From the IMG/VR virus record IMGVR_UViG_3300048577_000442, positions 1 through 34,075 of that record: 34,075 nucleotides of DNA. The stretch is one strand, 5' to 3'. Both the position numbers and the translations under genes were made by a program. The notes under the pieces were generated by a model that saw nothing but the letters and a program-made list of their open reading frames with translations, made no database searches and was not told the origin of the DNA. This document shows, in pieces, positions 24,040 through 33,748 of the stretch (the first letter of the stretch is position 1; each line of letters starts with the position of its first letter). This DNA comes from a virus. Its lineage: Duplodnaviria > Caudoviricetes.

Positions 24040-24462
24040 ATGGCAGTAAAGAATGCTGCAAAAGGCGTGGTGTTTAGCATTGGCTCACCGCTAGTTGCAA
24101 TCGCATCGCTCAAAACCATTTCTGGTCCGAAGCTGTCTATGGAACAGCTCGATGTCACTACACACGACAGTTCCGGTTCATTCCGTGAGTTTGTTGGTTC
24201 ATTCAAGGATTCAGGCGAGATTACCCTGGGCCTGCTTTGGGATCCAAATGAAACCACACATGGCAATACAAGTGGCCTGCTGTCGCTTTTCAATAGTTGC
24301 GCATTAACGGCCATGTCACTTAGCTATCCAATGTTTAGCCCTGTCAAGAAGTTAACCTTCAGTGGCATTGTAATTGGATACGAGTGGGCCTCAGCAGATA
24401 TTGGATCTGCGTTGGATGTAAATGTGACAATCAAGGTAAGCGGCGCTGTAACACTGGCATAA
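24040..24462 (+). CDS. Major tail tube protein
   Basis: ISGP.LS..DVTTHDS..FREF....D.GEI, F.G.V, TIKVSG. Confidence 0.92.
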   Translation: MAVKNAAKGVVFSIGSPLVAIASLKTISGPKLSMEQLDVTTHDSSGSFREFVGSFKDSGEITLGLLWDPNETTHGNTSGLLSLFNSCALTAMSLSYPMFSPVKKLTFSGIVIGYEWASADIGSALDVNVTIKVSGAVTLA

Positions 24463-24466
24463 CATC

Positions 24467-24805
24467 ATGCGTAACTACCCTGACCGCCTAAAAGTCTCGG
24501 TGGACATCTTTGGTGACGGCGTCCTTCGCACCCTCGTCGTCACCACGGGTGTACTCCGCAGGCTCGATGAAAAGCACGGCATCAAGTTCGACGGCTCCGT
24601 GACTGATCGCCCTCTGTATTCCATCGTTCCTCAGGCCATCGCCGAAGCGTGCGTCGGGAAGGATGTCAGCATTGAGGACGTTGAAGATCTTCCCGTCTCG
24701 GAGATCGAGCGTCTTGCCGTTGCGTTCTTCAATGCACTTTCCGCATCTTTGGGCTCCGATCAAAAGGACCCAAACGAACAGAAGGGCGAGACAGCAAAGC
24801 AATAG
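24467..24805 (+). CDS. Tail assembly chaperone (gpG-like)
   Basis: Position between tube and TMP; slippery site near the 3' end. Confidence 0.8.
   Translation: MRNYPDRLKVSVDIFGDGVLRTLVVTTGVLRRLDEKHGIKFDGSVTDRPLYSIVPQAIAEACVGKDVSIEDVEDLPVSEIERLAVAFFNALSASLGSDQKDPNEQKGETAKQ
24769..24775 (+). other. Programmed -1 frameshift site C CCA AAC
   Basis: X XXY YYZ in the correct phase; the -1 frame is open to 25128. Confidence 0.8.
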
Positions 24806-25128
24806 ACTGGCTCGCCCTCTGGGCTGATGCCCGGATGCAACTGAGACTTACGGAAGATGAATTGTGGGAACTGACATTCATTGAATTGGATGCGCTGTTT
24901 GCATCACATCGAAAACAAGAAGCGTATCAGGATTATCGCTTCGGCAAAGTATGTGAAATTATCGCACTGAGTCAAGGTGTAAAAACAAACAACGGAGCTA
25001 AGATCAGTCCTGAGCTGTTTTTCCCATCTGTCAAGAATCTAACAAAAGAAACAGCAGAGCAAACACCAGACCAGATGCTGGCCTGGGCTGAAATGTTCGC
25101 CGCCTTAAACAAGACCCCCGATAAATAA
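24769..25128 (+). CDS. Tail assembly chaperone frameshift extension (gpGT-like)
   Basis: The -1 frame reads ...IDWLALWADARMQLRLTEDELWELTFIEL..., continuous with track ORF 24835..25128. Confidence 0.78.
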   Translation, partial: PKRTEGRDSKAIDWLALWADARMQLRLTEDELWELTFIELDALFASHRKQEAYQDYRFGKVCEIIALSQGVKTNNGAKISPELFFPSVKNLTKETAEQTPDQMLAWAEMFAALNKTPDK

Positions 25129-25142
25129 CATATCGGGGGTTT
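25112..25142 (+). promoter_or_regulatory. TAAATA motif inside a hairpin masking the TMP SD (possibly also a terminator)
   Basis: AGACCCCCGATA-AATAACA-TATCGGGGGTTT; TAAATA at 25122-25127. Confidence 0.7.
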
Positions 25143-25149
25143 CTCTATT

Positions 25150-27690
25150 ATGGCGAACACATTGGGCGATTTTATCGTAAAGATTGGTGCTCAGGTCGAT
25201 GGTTTTGAAGATGCGATGCTTGGCGTTCTCGCATCCGCCGAAAAGACCGCCAAGGGCGTTGAAACCAAGTTCGCCAACTTCGACAAGCTCGGTGATCGCC
25301 TCTCCGGACTCGGAACTAAACTCTCAGCCGCAATCTCACTGCCTCTGATCGGTGCTGGTGCCTATGCGGTCAAAGCCGCAATGGACATGGAGTCCCTTGA
25401 GATGGCACTCCGTGGCGTGGCTGGATCTGCTCAAGAAACAGAAGCGCAAATGAAGCGCCTGAAGGATTTGGCCAAGCTGCCGGGTCTCGGCGTGGCCGAA
25501 GCTGTGCAAGCCAGCGTGGCACTCCAGTCTACGGGCATGAGTGCGCAGATGGCCGAAAAGTACATCCGCCTGTTTGGCAATGCCCTGGCAGCAGCAGGAA
25601 AAGGCAAAGCTGATCTTAATGGCGTCATCACGCAGCTTCAGCAGATGTCCAATAAATCGAAGGTCACGGCAGATGACCTGAAGCCTTTGATGCAGGCTGT
25701 TCCACAACTAGGCAAAATCATCAAAGACGCCTTTGGCACCATCGACACAGAACAGTTGCAAAAGATGGGTGTTTCGACTTCCGTGTTTTTGGCCGTCATT
25801 TCTGATGGTTTGGGACGGATTGGACCAGCGGGCAACACGACCAAGAATGCATTTGAAAATCTGAAGGATTCCATCGCCGACACAGCGGCGGTTGTTGGCA
25901 TCAATTTGTTGCCAATGGTGAAGGAGCTTTTGCCGAGACTTGAGAGTTTGTCGAACACTGTTGGAAGATTGTCTGGAGAATTCTCCAAGTTATCTCCGGA
26001 AACAAAGTCGTTCTGGACCAACTTCGCCATCGGTGTAACAGTCACTCCGCTTATCATTTCAGGCATTGGCGGCATGATCAAAGTGGTCAAGGATCTAGCC
26101 AGCGCATTTGCTTACCTGCAAGGAATTGGCGCATTCAGCATGTTGTTCAGTCCGGTTGGTTTGACCGTGATGGCTGGACTCGGCACTGCTGCGATCATCG
26201 CAAAAGAACTCAAACACGGTGACGAGGTTGTTAAGGCAGGCCGGGAACGAGTGTATGCCGAGGCAGCACAGCGAGCAAAGGCGCAGGACTCCGAACTGGA
26301 GCGCAAGGCAGCAACAGCATGGGCACAGCGTGAAATCGAGGATGGGCAAAAGCGTGCCGAAGCAATCCAGAAGCAACTCACAGCGCAGAAGGGCCTCACT
26401 GAAGAGACCATTAAGTACTACCAGCCGGGCCATGCCAAGCTCGAACTGTCCATCAGAGAGCGTGCTGAGCTTGACCTGATCGGCGAACGCTACACGGACG
26501 CCAAGAAGTGGCTCGACGCCTACTACACAAGCAAAGCCCTCGACAAACAACTCACATCGGAACTGCTCCAGATCGGCGCTGGCTTCCGCACCGAACTGTC
26601 CGCACAGACGGCGGAGTATGCCAAACAAGTCACATCGCTGGATCAGGTTGCGGCGGGCCTTGAGAAGATCTCTAGGTCCAACGCAAAGGTAACGGATCTT
26701 ACATTGCCCAAAGGCATGAAGGTCTCATATGACGAGACCACTGAGGCAATGTTCAAGTACGAGGAGCGCCTGAAGGCACTGAACATCAAGACCTACGAGG
26801 TCATGCGGGGCACGGAAGTGAAGGCAGCAATGCAATCCACCATCGCCGCATTCCAGGAAGGTGCTATCAGCGTTGAGGAGTTCAAACGGGTGTACCAGGA
26901 GTTGCTGAAGGTCTACAACGGCAAGACTGGCGGTGGTTCGCATGGCCAGAAAGACAGCGTGCTGAAGGAAATCTCAACGATTATGACCCACATGAACGAG
27001 TCGATTGCTGACGCCATCGTCAATTGGAAGGGCTTTGGTGAGACCGCAGTCAGCGTGTTAAAGCAGATCGGCAAAGCCATCATTGCTGAGATCCTGACAA
27101 AGATGGTGCTAACAAAAGACCGCATCAATGGCATCGTCGATGTGTTGGGCTCTGGCTTGAAAAAAATCGGACTCGGCAAGATCCTTGGCTCTGGTGTGGA
27201 TAAGGCGGCTGACATTGGTTCATCAGCAGCCAAGTCAGCCTCATCGGCGGCTTCAAGCGCTGGTGGTGCGCTGGGATCTATCGGCGGCATCGCTGGTGCC
27301 GTCAACATGGTCTCTGGCATCGCAAGTGCCATTGGATCGCTTGGCAGCATGTTCATGATGGGGAAGATGAACTCGAAGCTATACGCCATCGAGTCTGGCA
27401 TCCGTGGCATGGTCGGCAACTCAACCGGACTGAACGAACAGATCAACGAGTACCTTCCGGCGCTGAAGGGCATCGAGGATCGTATCAAGCAACTGATCAC
27501 AGGCGGTCTGGGCGTCTACTCGTTCCCCGATTCAGAGGTCCGTGTTCGAATGGCGGACAACTCACTGGTAGGTGCTGGCGGCACCATGCAAGTAGTGGTA
27601 AATGGCGGCTACTTCATGACGGAGGGCGCACTTGATTCATTCACTGATGCATTCATCAGCAGATTGCGTGCTCGTGGCCTGAAAGTCTAG
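25150..27690 (+). CDS. Tape measure protein
   Basis: 846 aa, helical and Ala/Gly-rich, tape-measure domain (..QLQQM..K..V...DL..L), central hydrophobic segments; follows the chaperones. Confidence 0.93.
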   Translation: MANTLGDFIVKIGAQVDGFEDAMLGVLASAEKTAKGVETKFANFDKLGDRLSGLGTKLSAAISLPLIGAGAYAVKAAMDMESLEMALRGVAGSAQETEAQMKRLKDLAKLPGLGVAEAVQASVALQSTGMSAQMAEKYIRLFGNALAAAGKGKADLNGVITQLQQMSNKSKVTADDLKPLMQAVPQLGKIIKDAFGTIDTEQLQKMGVSTSVFLAVISDGLGRIGPAGNTTKNAFENLKDSIADTAAVVGINLLPMVKELLPRLESLSNTVGRLSGEFSKLSPETKSFWTNFAIGVTVTPLIISGIGGMIKVVKDLASAFAYLQGIGAFSMLFSPVGLTVMAGLGTAAIIAKELKHGDEVVKAGRERVYAEAAQRAKAQDSELERKAATAWAQREIEDGQKRAEAIQKQLTAQKGLTEETIKYYQPGHAKLELSIRERAELDLIGERYTDAKKWLDAYYTSKALDKQLTSELLQIGAGFRTELSAQTAEYAKQVTSLDQVAAGLEKISRSNAKVTDLTLPKGMKVSYDETTEAMFKYEERLKALNIKTYEVMRGTEVKAAMQSTIAAFQEGAISVEEFKRVYQELLKVYNGKTGGGSHGQKDSVLKEISTIMTHMNESIADAIVNWKGFGETAVSVLKQIGKAIIAEILTKMVLTKDRINGIVDVLGSGLKKIGLGKILGSGVDKAADIGSSAAKSASSAASSAGGALGSIGGIAGAVNMVSGIASAIGSLGSMFMMGKMNSKLYAIESGIRGMVGNSTGLNEQINEYLPALKGIEDRIKQLITGGLGVYSFPDSEVRVRMADNSLVGAGGTMQVVVNGGYFMTEGALDSFTDAFISRLRARGLKV

Positions 27691-27721
27691 CTGTCTACAT
27701 ATTATTAGTTCATACCCATTG

Positions 27722-27762
27722 GGCGTCGGCATCTCCTATCACATTCTGCCGACGCCTTTTTT
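27722..27762 (+). terminator. Intrinsic terminator after TMP
   Basis: GGCGTCGGCA / TGCCGACGCC 10-bp stem, 15-nt loop, T6. Confidence 0.7.
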
Positions 27763-27771
27763 CATTCCCGA

Positions 27772-27777
27772 TAAATA
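27772..27777 (+). promoter_or_regulatory. TAAATA T4-late-like promoter motif
   Basis: aTAAATAttgacATG, 5 nt before the start, just after a terminator, no SD. Confidence 0.72.
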
Positions 27778-27782
27778 TTGAC

Positions 27783-30700
27783 ATGTCCCTGACTGTCACT
27801 ATCGGATCAATCACTCGCCACATCGCAGAATCATCACTTTCCATCTCAAGCACATTAGGTCAAGTTGGCACATGTGAGCTTGTTTTGCCAGATGTACTCG
27901 GCACCCTCACGATTCAAGTCGGCGAGACCATCACTGTGGCAGATGATGCGCTGATCCTGTTCTCAGGATTTGTTACCGACACAAGCATCAAATTGGTCCA
28001 CGGCAATACTCGTGTCATGTCTATCTCTGCTCACGATTGGAATGCTCTTCCATCCCGCTATTCAAGTGGTGAATACGAATGGCCAAAAGACACACGACTG
28101 AATAACATCGTCCGTGAACTGATCACCAACTCCCCAATGAACGATGATGGCATCAATCTGTCGATGGTTCCGGCTGGTGCTGGCGATCTGACGACCGAAG
28201 TCTTCAATCCCGTTTACACCACACTCACCGATGCGTTGAACACTCTGGCGACGTTGTATAAGAAATTCTGGAAGATCGATTACACTAAGACTCTTCAGTT
28301 CGGAGCTTGGGATGCTGGCATCATTAGCGCTGTTGTGACCGACACAAGTCATAATGTTCGTGCTCAAACATTGTCGTCAAGAGCAACGCTTGAGCAGTAC
28401 GCCAATTACGTTATTGTTCGATACTCCAATTTCATCAAAGACTTTACTCAGTCGTTTACTGGCAACGCATCACAGACCGATTTCAGCGTCAACAATCCTG
28501 TAGCATCACAGCCAACAGTCAAAGTAAACGGCACCAATCAAACCATTGGTGTGTTCGGGCAGGACACAGGAAAACAATGCTACTGGACTGCTGGAGGGCG
28601 AGAGATCACGTTCACGACCGCACCAGCTTCAGGCGCAACCGTCTCTGTTGCCTATCGTGGCCGGGTGATCGACGTGAAAGACGCCATTGATCCTGCTGGC
28701 GTTGCCGCAATGCAGGCGCTTGTTGGTGGATCTGGTGTGTTCGTCAAAAACATCAATGTCAGCGACGACACAACCATCACTGACGCACAGGCCATTGCTG
28801 ACAGGCTTCTGGAGAAGTACAAGTACATCTCCTATGTCGTGACCTTCGAGTCCGACACAATCACATCCCAGATCGGTGACCGCATCACGATCAACGTCAC
28901 GGGTGTGCCGCCTGGAAACTACGTGGTTCGATCTGTGCGGACGAACATGATTGGTAAGAGCTTGAGACGGTCGTATGAATGCGTTTCAGGCAACATCCTG
29001 TCTGACGGCTTCGATGCCTTCTCAGCCATGACGGGTCAGTCTGTTCTGTCAGGCGGCACGATCACGCTACCGCCTGACACGTCTAGCAGCACATCGGGTC
29101 TGGCGTCCATCGGCGACAACATCCTCGTCAATGCCGACTTTGAATCGGATCTGGACGGCTGGACAGTCTATGCGCCCATCACCAGCAGCGTCAGCATCGG
29201 CTCGACAGGCGCAAAGTCGGGCAGTAAGTATCTCCACCTGGAGGCGATGAGCGGCGCAGGATACGTCGGTCAGTATGCCGACCAGACATTCCCGTTGGCG
29301 GCTGGCGACTGGTACACGGTCGAGTTCTGGGTCCGTGCGAATGGGTATGCCCTTGGTCCAGGTGGTGAAGGCATCTCTTCGCCACAGATCAACATGCGGA
29401 GTGCTGGCGGCGGCTACATCGACTCCATCCAGGGCAGCATTCCAGTTGGCACTTACGATTGGACCTTCTTTCGATTTTCGAAGCAGGTTCCTGAGAACGT
29501 GACGAAGGCAAGCCTTTTGGCATTCTATGGGCGAGTCGTTAGCGGCACCGTGGACATCGACGCCATCCGGATGTACAAGGGCGCACCGTCACAGCAGACC
29601 GTTGGCGCAAACCTGCTTCTCAATCCAGACTTTGAGCGGGCATTGGAACAATGGGAAGTCGAAGTTCCTCTCATCTCCTACTCATCAATTCAGACGGGTG
29701 GCGCAAAGTCGGGCGGCAAGTTCCTCCGAATCGCAGGCGGCCAGTCCATAGCTGCTGCCATCAAGCACTCATACAGCGGCACTGGGTTCTATCCAGTTGT
29801 CGAAGGACAGTCCTTCAAGTTCGAAGGTTGGTATCGAACAAATGCGGCCGTCAAGGCGGTCGGCAACAACCTGTTCACGCAGGTCGGCTTCTACAATGCG
29901 GCTCAAACATACTTGGGCGGTTTTGTCTTCAGCTATCCAGAGGGTACTACGAGCACCTGGACACACCTGACGGGCCACGGTGTTGCGCCTGCTGGTGCTG
30001 TGTACCTGTCGTTCTTCGCTTTCATTGGCAAGCTCCAGTCTGGCTCTATCGACATTGACTCGTTGCAACTCTACTTTGAGGATGCCGTCGAGAAGACGCC
30101 TCTGGACTACGGCGCATTGGGCGATGGTGTGGCTGATGACACTCTCGCAGTCCAGACGGCCATCAACGACAACACGACACTGAAGATTCCGGCAGGGTAC
30201 ACGTTCCTCATCAATGGAACTTCCGTCTCAGGCAAGACCTCACCCTACATCTATGGCGGCGGCACCCTCAAACAGAAAGCCAATGCACCAGCAGGTTCAT
30301 CACTGCTGCTGGTGACGAACTGTGGTGAGCCTTACATTGAGGGCGTGATCCTGGACGGCAACAAGACCAATCAGTCCAATGCTGTCGATAACCTGCTGTA
30401 CTTCTCGAATTGCACTGGCACCATCACGGCTGACGCTGTAACGGCCAAGGACGGCAAGGCTGGTGGCATCTCTTCTGTGTCCGCTTCTGGTGCGGGTGTG
30501 CCATCTGGCGTCATTTACAACGCATGCACGGTCACCAATTGCACCACAGCCCTAGGCGTAGTGAACAACGCCACGGCTGGATTGATTCCTGTCGGCAACA
30601 TCACAGATTGCGTCATGGCCGGAAACTCTGTAGACGGCATCAGCGTGAAAAGGGTGACAGATATCGCCGTCACCAACACTCAGAGCACTGGTAACACTGG

Positions 30701-33524
30701 CTGGGGCGTGAAGGCGGATACCTGCAATGTCCGATTCTCGGATTGCAATCTCAGTGGCAACACGGCGGGTGCATTCAGCAATGTTGGCACCACAACATGG
30801 ACCGCATACAACACGGTGCCGCTGTCTGACCAGCGGGTGCCCATTGCGGCTCCGCCTCCTGTGAGTGCGATGACATTCACCGTCACGGATCAGGGTGCGT
30901 CATTTGGCTTTGATTGGACCTGGACCCTGCCGACCAATACAGGAACCGCATTTGCCAGCATCAGACAAGTTCAGTTCTGGGCGAAGGTTGGAGGTGTCTG
31001 GGTAATTGATTCACCATGGCGGACAATTGGCCAGACGCTTGATCTCACGACTCTGTCGGCTACCGATGGGACATTCGGGAAACGCTCCGGCGAGTTCCGT
31101 GTCGAAGGTCAGATTGCGTTGGTCAATTACGAGGGAACCAAATCCACCTATGTAGCAACCACAGGACAAACGGACATCAGCCCTTTACCCATTGATGCGA
31201 GCTTGGACGATGTGACATTGAACACCAGTTACAACGGGTCTGGATACAAGGTCGTGTCGAACACTGACGGCACGATGGACATCAGCGTCCAGTACGCACC
31301 GCCATATCCTCAACCGCCAACACGGGTCACCAACCTGATTGCGGCTTTGCCGATCATTGAGTTGCCTGACGGCAACGTGCTCAGCTATCCGGCGCAACCA
31401 TACACTTCGAATCCGGCATTGGACCCGCCTGGGAACCTCCAGGTCATCGGCGTCAACATCGTAAAGCCGACAGCACCGCAGACGATCTGGTTCCACGTAT
31501 TGAGCGTAAGCACGAATGGCCAACTTGGGTACAAGGACCATTCCCTCGCCAATCCAAGCCGATGGTTGGCGGTCTCTATCACACAGGCGATGATCGACGG
31601 CACAGGCCAGAATCCGAGTGATGCACCTGTCGCACCGACAGCAGTGACCATCAGCGTGGATTCTTCGAAGCCTGACGTGTTCTCGCTGACGCCTTCATGG
31701 ACTGTGCCGACAAACAAAGGCGGCAACGTGGGCTACGCAATCGAGGTTCAGTATCTCGACACCCCTACCGGAACACTGCTGGAGACGGAATGGAAGGCAC
31801 CCACGAGGGTTGACGGGAAAACCACGACATCAGTAACAATCGGTCCATATCCACGGCAGAGCGTTGACCGATACGTGTTCGCACGAGCCAAAGCAGTCAA
31901 CGGCAACAGCCTGCCTTCTTCATGGGTGACGATGACAGGTTCTGGTGCGCTGGTGCCGAAAGGCGTCAGCTACCAGACACCCTCTGACATCAGCGGATTC
32001 ACGTTCTCGGTTGGTGGCAACAACGTCTCGTACACGCTCGTGCCTGCGTTCACGCCTCCGACCGATCCCGCCATTGTTGGTTATGCCGTTCAAGCCAAGT
32101 TCTTTCTGGACCCGGCTGCAACAACAATTGTCGATTCGGACTGGAGCGACATCGGCACTCGCCTGGATATCACCGACCTTACACAGTTCGGTCCATTTGA
32201 TAGACAGAACTATGCGGCATACGTCAGACTGCGGATCAAGTCACTGAATGCAACAGGTGGAGCGGGCAACTGGGTTACATCAACAACGATTGGCACTGTT
32301 GCCGCCATAGCGGCTCCACCTGTACCGACAGGGGTTTCCTTCACACTGGCGACAACGACCATTTCGGGTCAGCCGAAATGGAGACCTACAATCACAGTCT
32401 CTCCAACAGCAGCACTCGGAACGACCGAGAACTATCTGCGGGAGATTCGACTGTGGAATGACTCGGGGTTGACAAATCCCGATAGCGACTGGGTTCCTCT
32501 GGGTCCTGTCTATCGCACCACAACTGTAAGCACTACCGACTGGTTCGATTGGGACAAGACGACCAAGTATGTCCGTGTCCGTGTCGCAGGAGAAAACAAG
32601 GACGGCACGCCGGGGGCATATGTCACGTCCTCAACGGTTACCCTTTCGGCTTCTGCTGGTCTTGATCTCTCAGCAGCAGACACTTCGAAGCTCAATGGTT
32701 TGGAAGTCGTCAACAACAAGCTGCAACCCAAGTTGGACAGCAGCACCCTCGTTGTTCTAAATGGAAAAATCACACAGGTTGCGACAGACCTCGCAAAGGC
32801 CATCGGGTACGACTCCAATACGTTCGGTCTGGATGGCGGTTATTTCACGCAAACGAAAATCGCAACCAATCTCCTGGTGTCGGCATTGGCACTCATCACC
32901 ACTTCCTTGCAAGTGGGCGGCGGATCTAACAATGTTGTCATCAGTCCAACTGGCATCTCACTGAACAGCAGCGGCGGCACCGTTCTGTTGTCAGCCTCAG
33001 GTTGCTCATTTAACGGCATGACCCTGTTCAATGTCGGATCTCTGTCTACCAGTTATTTGCAGGTTGGTACTGGCTGTACGATTGGCACCACGGGCGATAT
33101 CACCGCCAAGACATTGTCTTTGACTGGAAGCCCGATCAGTGTCTCGTATGGCGGCACTGGTGCAACAAGCGCATCAGGCGCACGCTCAAACCTGGGACTG
33201 GGCAATGCAGCAACGATGAACGTTGGTACAACCGCTGGCACCGTGTGTGCGGGTGACGATCCACGATTGTCTGGTGGCGGATCCGTGGCCTGGACAAGCA
33301 TCTCAGGCAAGCCGACCTTCGGAAACTCATCCGCCCTAAATGTTGGCACATCATCCGGCACTGTCTGTGCTGGTGACGACTCCCGACTCAGCAATGCAAG
33401 AACGCCTGTGTCCCACAAGCACGCCATCAACACTGAAGACGTAGAAGTGCTAACGCCGTCCGGATCACGTTGGATCAAGGCTGTGTCGATGAGTGATCCC
33501 AACACGGGCTACACAGGCAGCTAA
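27783..33524 (+). CDS. Multidomain tail tip / receptor-binding protein
   Basis: N-terminal hub-like region, two CBM-like modules (NADFE..W, NPDFE..W), pectate-lyase-like beta-helix (DYGALGDGVADDT.A.Q.AI), FN3-like repeats, C-terminal fibre repeats (NVGT..GTVCAGDD.RL twice). Confidence 0.88.
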   Translation: MSLTVTIGSITRHIAESSLSISSTLGQVGTCELVLPDVLGTLTIQVGETITVADDALILFSGFVTDTSIKLVHGNTRVMSISAHDWNALPSRYSSGEYEWPKDTRLNNIVRELITNSPMNDDGINLSMVPAGAGDLTTEVFNPVYTTLTDALNTLATLYKKFWKIDYTKTLQFGAWDAGIISAVVTDTSHNVRAQTLSSRATLEQYANYVIVRYSNFIKDFTQSFTGNASQTDFSVNNPVASQPTVKVNGTNQTIGVFGQDTGKQCYWTAGGREITFTTAPASGATVSVAYRGRVIDVKDAIDPAGVAAMQALVGGSGVFVKNINVSDDTTITDAQAIADRLLEKYKYISYVVTFESDTITSQIGDRITINVTGVPPGNYVVRSVRTNMIGKSLRRSYECVSGNILSDGFDAFSAMTGQSVLSGGTITLPPDTSSSTSGLASIGDNILVNADFESDLDGWTVYAPITSSVSIGSTGAKSGSKYLHLEAMSGAGYVGQYADQTFPLAAGDWYTVEFWVRANGYALGPGGEGISSPQINMRSAGGGYIDSIQGSIPVGTYDWTFFRFSKQVPENVTKASLLAFYGRVVSGTVDIDAIRMYKGAPSQQTVGANLLLNPDFERALEQWEVEVPLISYSSIQTGGAKSGGKFLRIAGGQSIAAAIKHSYSGTGFYPVVEGQSFKFEGWYRTNAAVKAVGNNLFTQVGFYNAAQTYLGGFVFSYPEGTTSTWTHLTGHGVAPAGAVYLSFFAFIGKLQSGSIDIDSLQLYFEDAVEKTPLDYGALGDGVADDTLAVQTAINDNTTLKIPAGYTFLINGTSVSGKTSPYIYGGGTLKQKANAPAGSSLLLVTNCGEPYIEGVILDGNKTNQSNAVDNLLYFSNCTGTITADAVTAKDGKAGGISSVSASGAGVPSGVIYNACTVTNCTTALGVVNNATAGLIPVGNITDCVMAGNSVDGISVKRVTDIAVTNTQSTGNTGWGVKADTCNVRFSDCNLSGNTAGAFSNVGTTTWTAYNTVPLSDQRVPIAAPPPVSAMTFTVTDQGASFGFDWTWTLPTNTGTAFASIRQVQFWAKVGGVWVIDSPWRTIGQTLDLTTLSATDGTFGKRSGEFRVEGQIALVNYEGTKSTYVATTGQTDISPLPIDASLDDVTLNTSYNGSGYKVVSNTDGTMDISVQYAPPYPQPPTRVTNLIAALPIIELPDGNVLSYPAQPYTSNPALDPPGNLQVIGVNIVKPTAPQTIWFHVLSVSTNGQLGYKDHSLANPSRWLAVSITQAMIDGTGQNPSDAPVAPTAVTISVDSSKPDVFSLTPSWTVPTNKGGNVGYAIEVQYLDTPTGTLLETEWKAPTRVDGKTTTSVTIGPYPRQSVDRYVFARAKAVNGNSLPSSWVTMTGSGALVPKGVSYQTPSDISGFTFSVGGNNVSYTLVPAFTPPTDPAIVGYAVQAKFFLDPAATTIVDSDWSDIGTRLDITDLTQFGPFDRQNYAAYVRLRIKSLNATGGAGNWVTSTTIGTVAAIAAPPVPTGVSFTLATTTISGQPKWRPTITVSPTAALGTTENYLREIRLWNDSGLTNPDSDWVPLGPVYRTTTVSTTDWFDWDKTTKYVRVRVAGENKDGTPGAYVTSSTVTLSASAGLDLSAADTSKLNGLEVVNNKLQPKLDSSTLVVLNGKITQVATDLAKAIGYDSNTFGLDGGYFTQTKIATNLLVSALALITTSLQVGGGSNNVVISPTGISLNSSGGTVLLSASGCSFNGMTLFNVGSLSTSYLQVGTGCTIGTTGDITAKTLSLTGSPISVSYGGTGATSASGARSNLGLGNAATMNVGTTAGTVCAGDDPRLSGGGSVAWTSISGKPTFGNSSALNVGTSSGTVCAGDDSRLSNARTPVSHKHAINTEDVEVLTPSGSRWIKAVSMSDPNTGYTGS

Positions 33525-33525
33525 C

Positions 33526-33741
33526 ATGATTCCACTAACTGATGAACAAATCGCCATCATCGAAAAACTAAAAGCCGATGCAGAGGCAGCCTACGAGAAA
33601 GACCGTGCGGCCTTGCAAGCTCAACACACTCAGACTCTAATGAATCAGGTGTATGGCGTGCTTGTAACATTGAGAACAATTCATGGAGTCGATGATAAGT
33701 ATAAGTTTTCGGAGGACTTCCGATCACTCATCGAAGTATAG
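33526..33741 (+). CDS. Hypothetical protein (possible fibre chaperone)
   Basis: ATG 1 nt after the tail gene stop; 71 aa. Confidence 0.6.
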   Translation: MIPLTDEQIAIIEKLKADAEAAYEKDRAALQAQHTQTLMNQVYGVLVTLRTIHGVDDKYKFSEDFRSLIEV

Positions 33742-33748
33742 GGATCAA

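Noticed and set aside
33190-33395. Duplicated NVGT..GTVCAGDD.RL segment as a DGR template/variable repeat pair
   Set aside because: Both copies are in-frame protein repeats, the differences are not adenine-specific, and there is no reverse transcriptase in the window.
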